Positions 62,261-64,000 of a DNA stretch of 64,000 nucleotides are shown piece by piece. The notes below the pieces were generated by a model that saw only the letters and a list, made by a program, of their open reading frames with translations, had not been told where the DNA came from and made no database searches. The stretch's first letter is position 1; each line of letters opens with the position of its first letter. The DNA is from Eledone cirrhosa (Eukaryota). The translations under genes were made by a program, and so were the position numbers. The DNA is taken from NCBI GenBank assembly GCA_964016885.1, contig OZ024758.1, forward strand, positions 32,612,001-32,676,000, given 5' to 3'.

Positions 62261-62929
62261 TTAATATTTCACATTTTGGAATTGTGAATTAAAAAAAAAC
62301 AACAACAAAAAAAAACTAAGAGAAATGCTAATATTTCCTCCAAAGAAAATAAGCAGTTTCCACCAAACTAGACATTTAAAATCATTTTAATCATGTTTAT
62401 AACAGAATATTGGTTTCTTTATTAAAATTAATGCACGTAAAAATCTAGATACAACAAGGATTATTCTTTTACTGATATTTTGAGTCAATATATCTATATA
62501 TCTCATGAGAATCCTTCATATATTTGTTTAAGCTACATTGGAAAAGGGAAAATTCTCCTCTAATACATAAAAGAGAAAAGATGATGATGATTAGGGAGAA
62601 ATGAAGATAATGACAACAACAATGATAATGATGACGGTGAAACATTCTAGATAGTTTTTTTTGATTTGCCCTATGAGATAATATAGATTCTCAATGCAAA
62701 GAATCTATACTTCATTAAGTGTGATGTCTTGCTTCTAAAGTTGAAAATTGATTTCCGCTGGGATTCAAGTACATATCTTTTTCTAGAAGTTGAATAAAAT
62801 ATACAAGTTAATAATCAACTGAATAATTTTCTAAAGTCAAGCTCTTCTTATTCTCTCAAGTAAATGAGTATTTAGAATGTCATTATTTGTTATTATTATT
62901 TTTATTATTATATAAAATAAATGTAATAA

Positions 62930-63060
62930 CCTCAGATCATTGAAGCTCACGGTGGAGATGACGAAGGACCGTGACGAGTGGAGAGATGCTGTGCTGAATA
63001 AGACCCGTCCCACCCTTGCAAGCAGGGAAGAGCGGACGTAAAATGATGATGATGATGATG
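62930..63060 (+). mobile_element. 130-bp RTE 3' end (family of 22100-24246)
   Basis: Near-identical reverse complement of 22100-22230. Confidence 0.92.
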
Positions 63061-64000
63061 AACCGCTGCTGCCACCACCACCACCACCACTACTACTACT
63101 ACTACTAGCAGTAGTAGTAGTAATATCATCATCATCAGCTTTACCATGATATTTTCAATAATTTTATGTGAGTTTCTGCTCCATCACCAGGTGTATCATT
63201 ATATTTCCAAGGTGTGTACAGAATTGTCTTTTGGGAATTTGGAATTGTGTTTGTATACTATACACCAGTTTTTCACTATATTGTGGAATTTGTTTTGTTG
63301 TTTCTAGCATTATTTTAATGTTTCCTATGTGTTGTCTTGGTTATATGTTATATTAATGCGTAGCAGCAACCTTGGTTTCTGTGTTTACAATAATTTTCAA
63401 TATGGCTTCCTCTTCAAGACCAGTGAAACATAGTAGCAAAAATGAGAGTAGAACTGAATAAGTCTCTTTGAAAGAAAACAATCATTTAACCTGTTAATTT
63501 ACACAGCTACAGTTGCTGCGCCAAGTTTTTTTCAGTAAAATGAAGTTATGAACTGTTGTAAACAAGTTATCTCATCTGTGGCACTGGAATGCATACATGT
63601 TAAGATGAGTTATCTCGTCTACAGCACTAAAGAGGTTAATCGTCAATCATTTAAAAAGAAGCAGAAGGCCAAGTTTTGTAGTGCAAAGTATATTTTAGTG
63701 AAGTAATCTGAATTTTATCTTCACTGGGGGTTCGCCTAAAAGAGGTAACATGTGATGCTTGTAAGGGTGCTTGCTTGATACTATATGTCTTATCTGTTTA
63801 ATATTCTTCAGGCTGCCACTAGTTGATTGTTATTACATGCATATCTGTATGTGTGTGTGTTTATGTGTATATATATCAGTAAATATAATATAATCCAATG
63901 TATATACCAGTGGTTCCCAATCTTTTCATTACCAAAGACTCTTTTATTTAAATGTATAATGCTGTGAGCATGCTGACTTGCCTCAAAAATTATTAGAGAG

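Overview
AT-rich eukaryotic DNA that is almost entirely transposable elements and repeats. The SINE and LINE tails resemble families I recall from octopus genomes, which is inference and unverified. I can support no host gene; there is one weak pair of candidate exons near 56.7-57.1 kb and a 200-N assembly gap at 14097-14296. Retroelements: several RTE-clade LINEs from about three families (one with an uninterrupted 705-aa RT ORF, 40676-42793), a near-full-length decayed CR1-clade LINE, a decayed CRE-clade element with a restriction-like endonuclease, two Penelope-like (GIY-YIG) elements, and about 30 copies or fragments of a tRNA-derived SINE. DNA elements: non-autonomous Helitrons plus piggyBac-, Tc1/mariner- and hAT-type MITEs. 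Other repeats: a 2-kb 44-bp minisatellite and a 1719-bp tandem duplication. Most notable: (1) the younger RTE LINEs carry a complete C4HC3 PHD-type zinc finger inserted inside the RT domain and sit in (TA)n microsatellites, suggesting a possible targeting module; (2) four minimal hammerhead-ribozyme-like motifs, one in a Penelope terminal repeat; (3) repeated birth of minisatellites and fold-back palindromes from TE ends; (4) a stray 60-bp piece carrying the RT motif that is deleted from the neighbouring CRE element.
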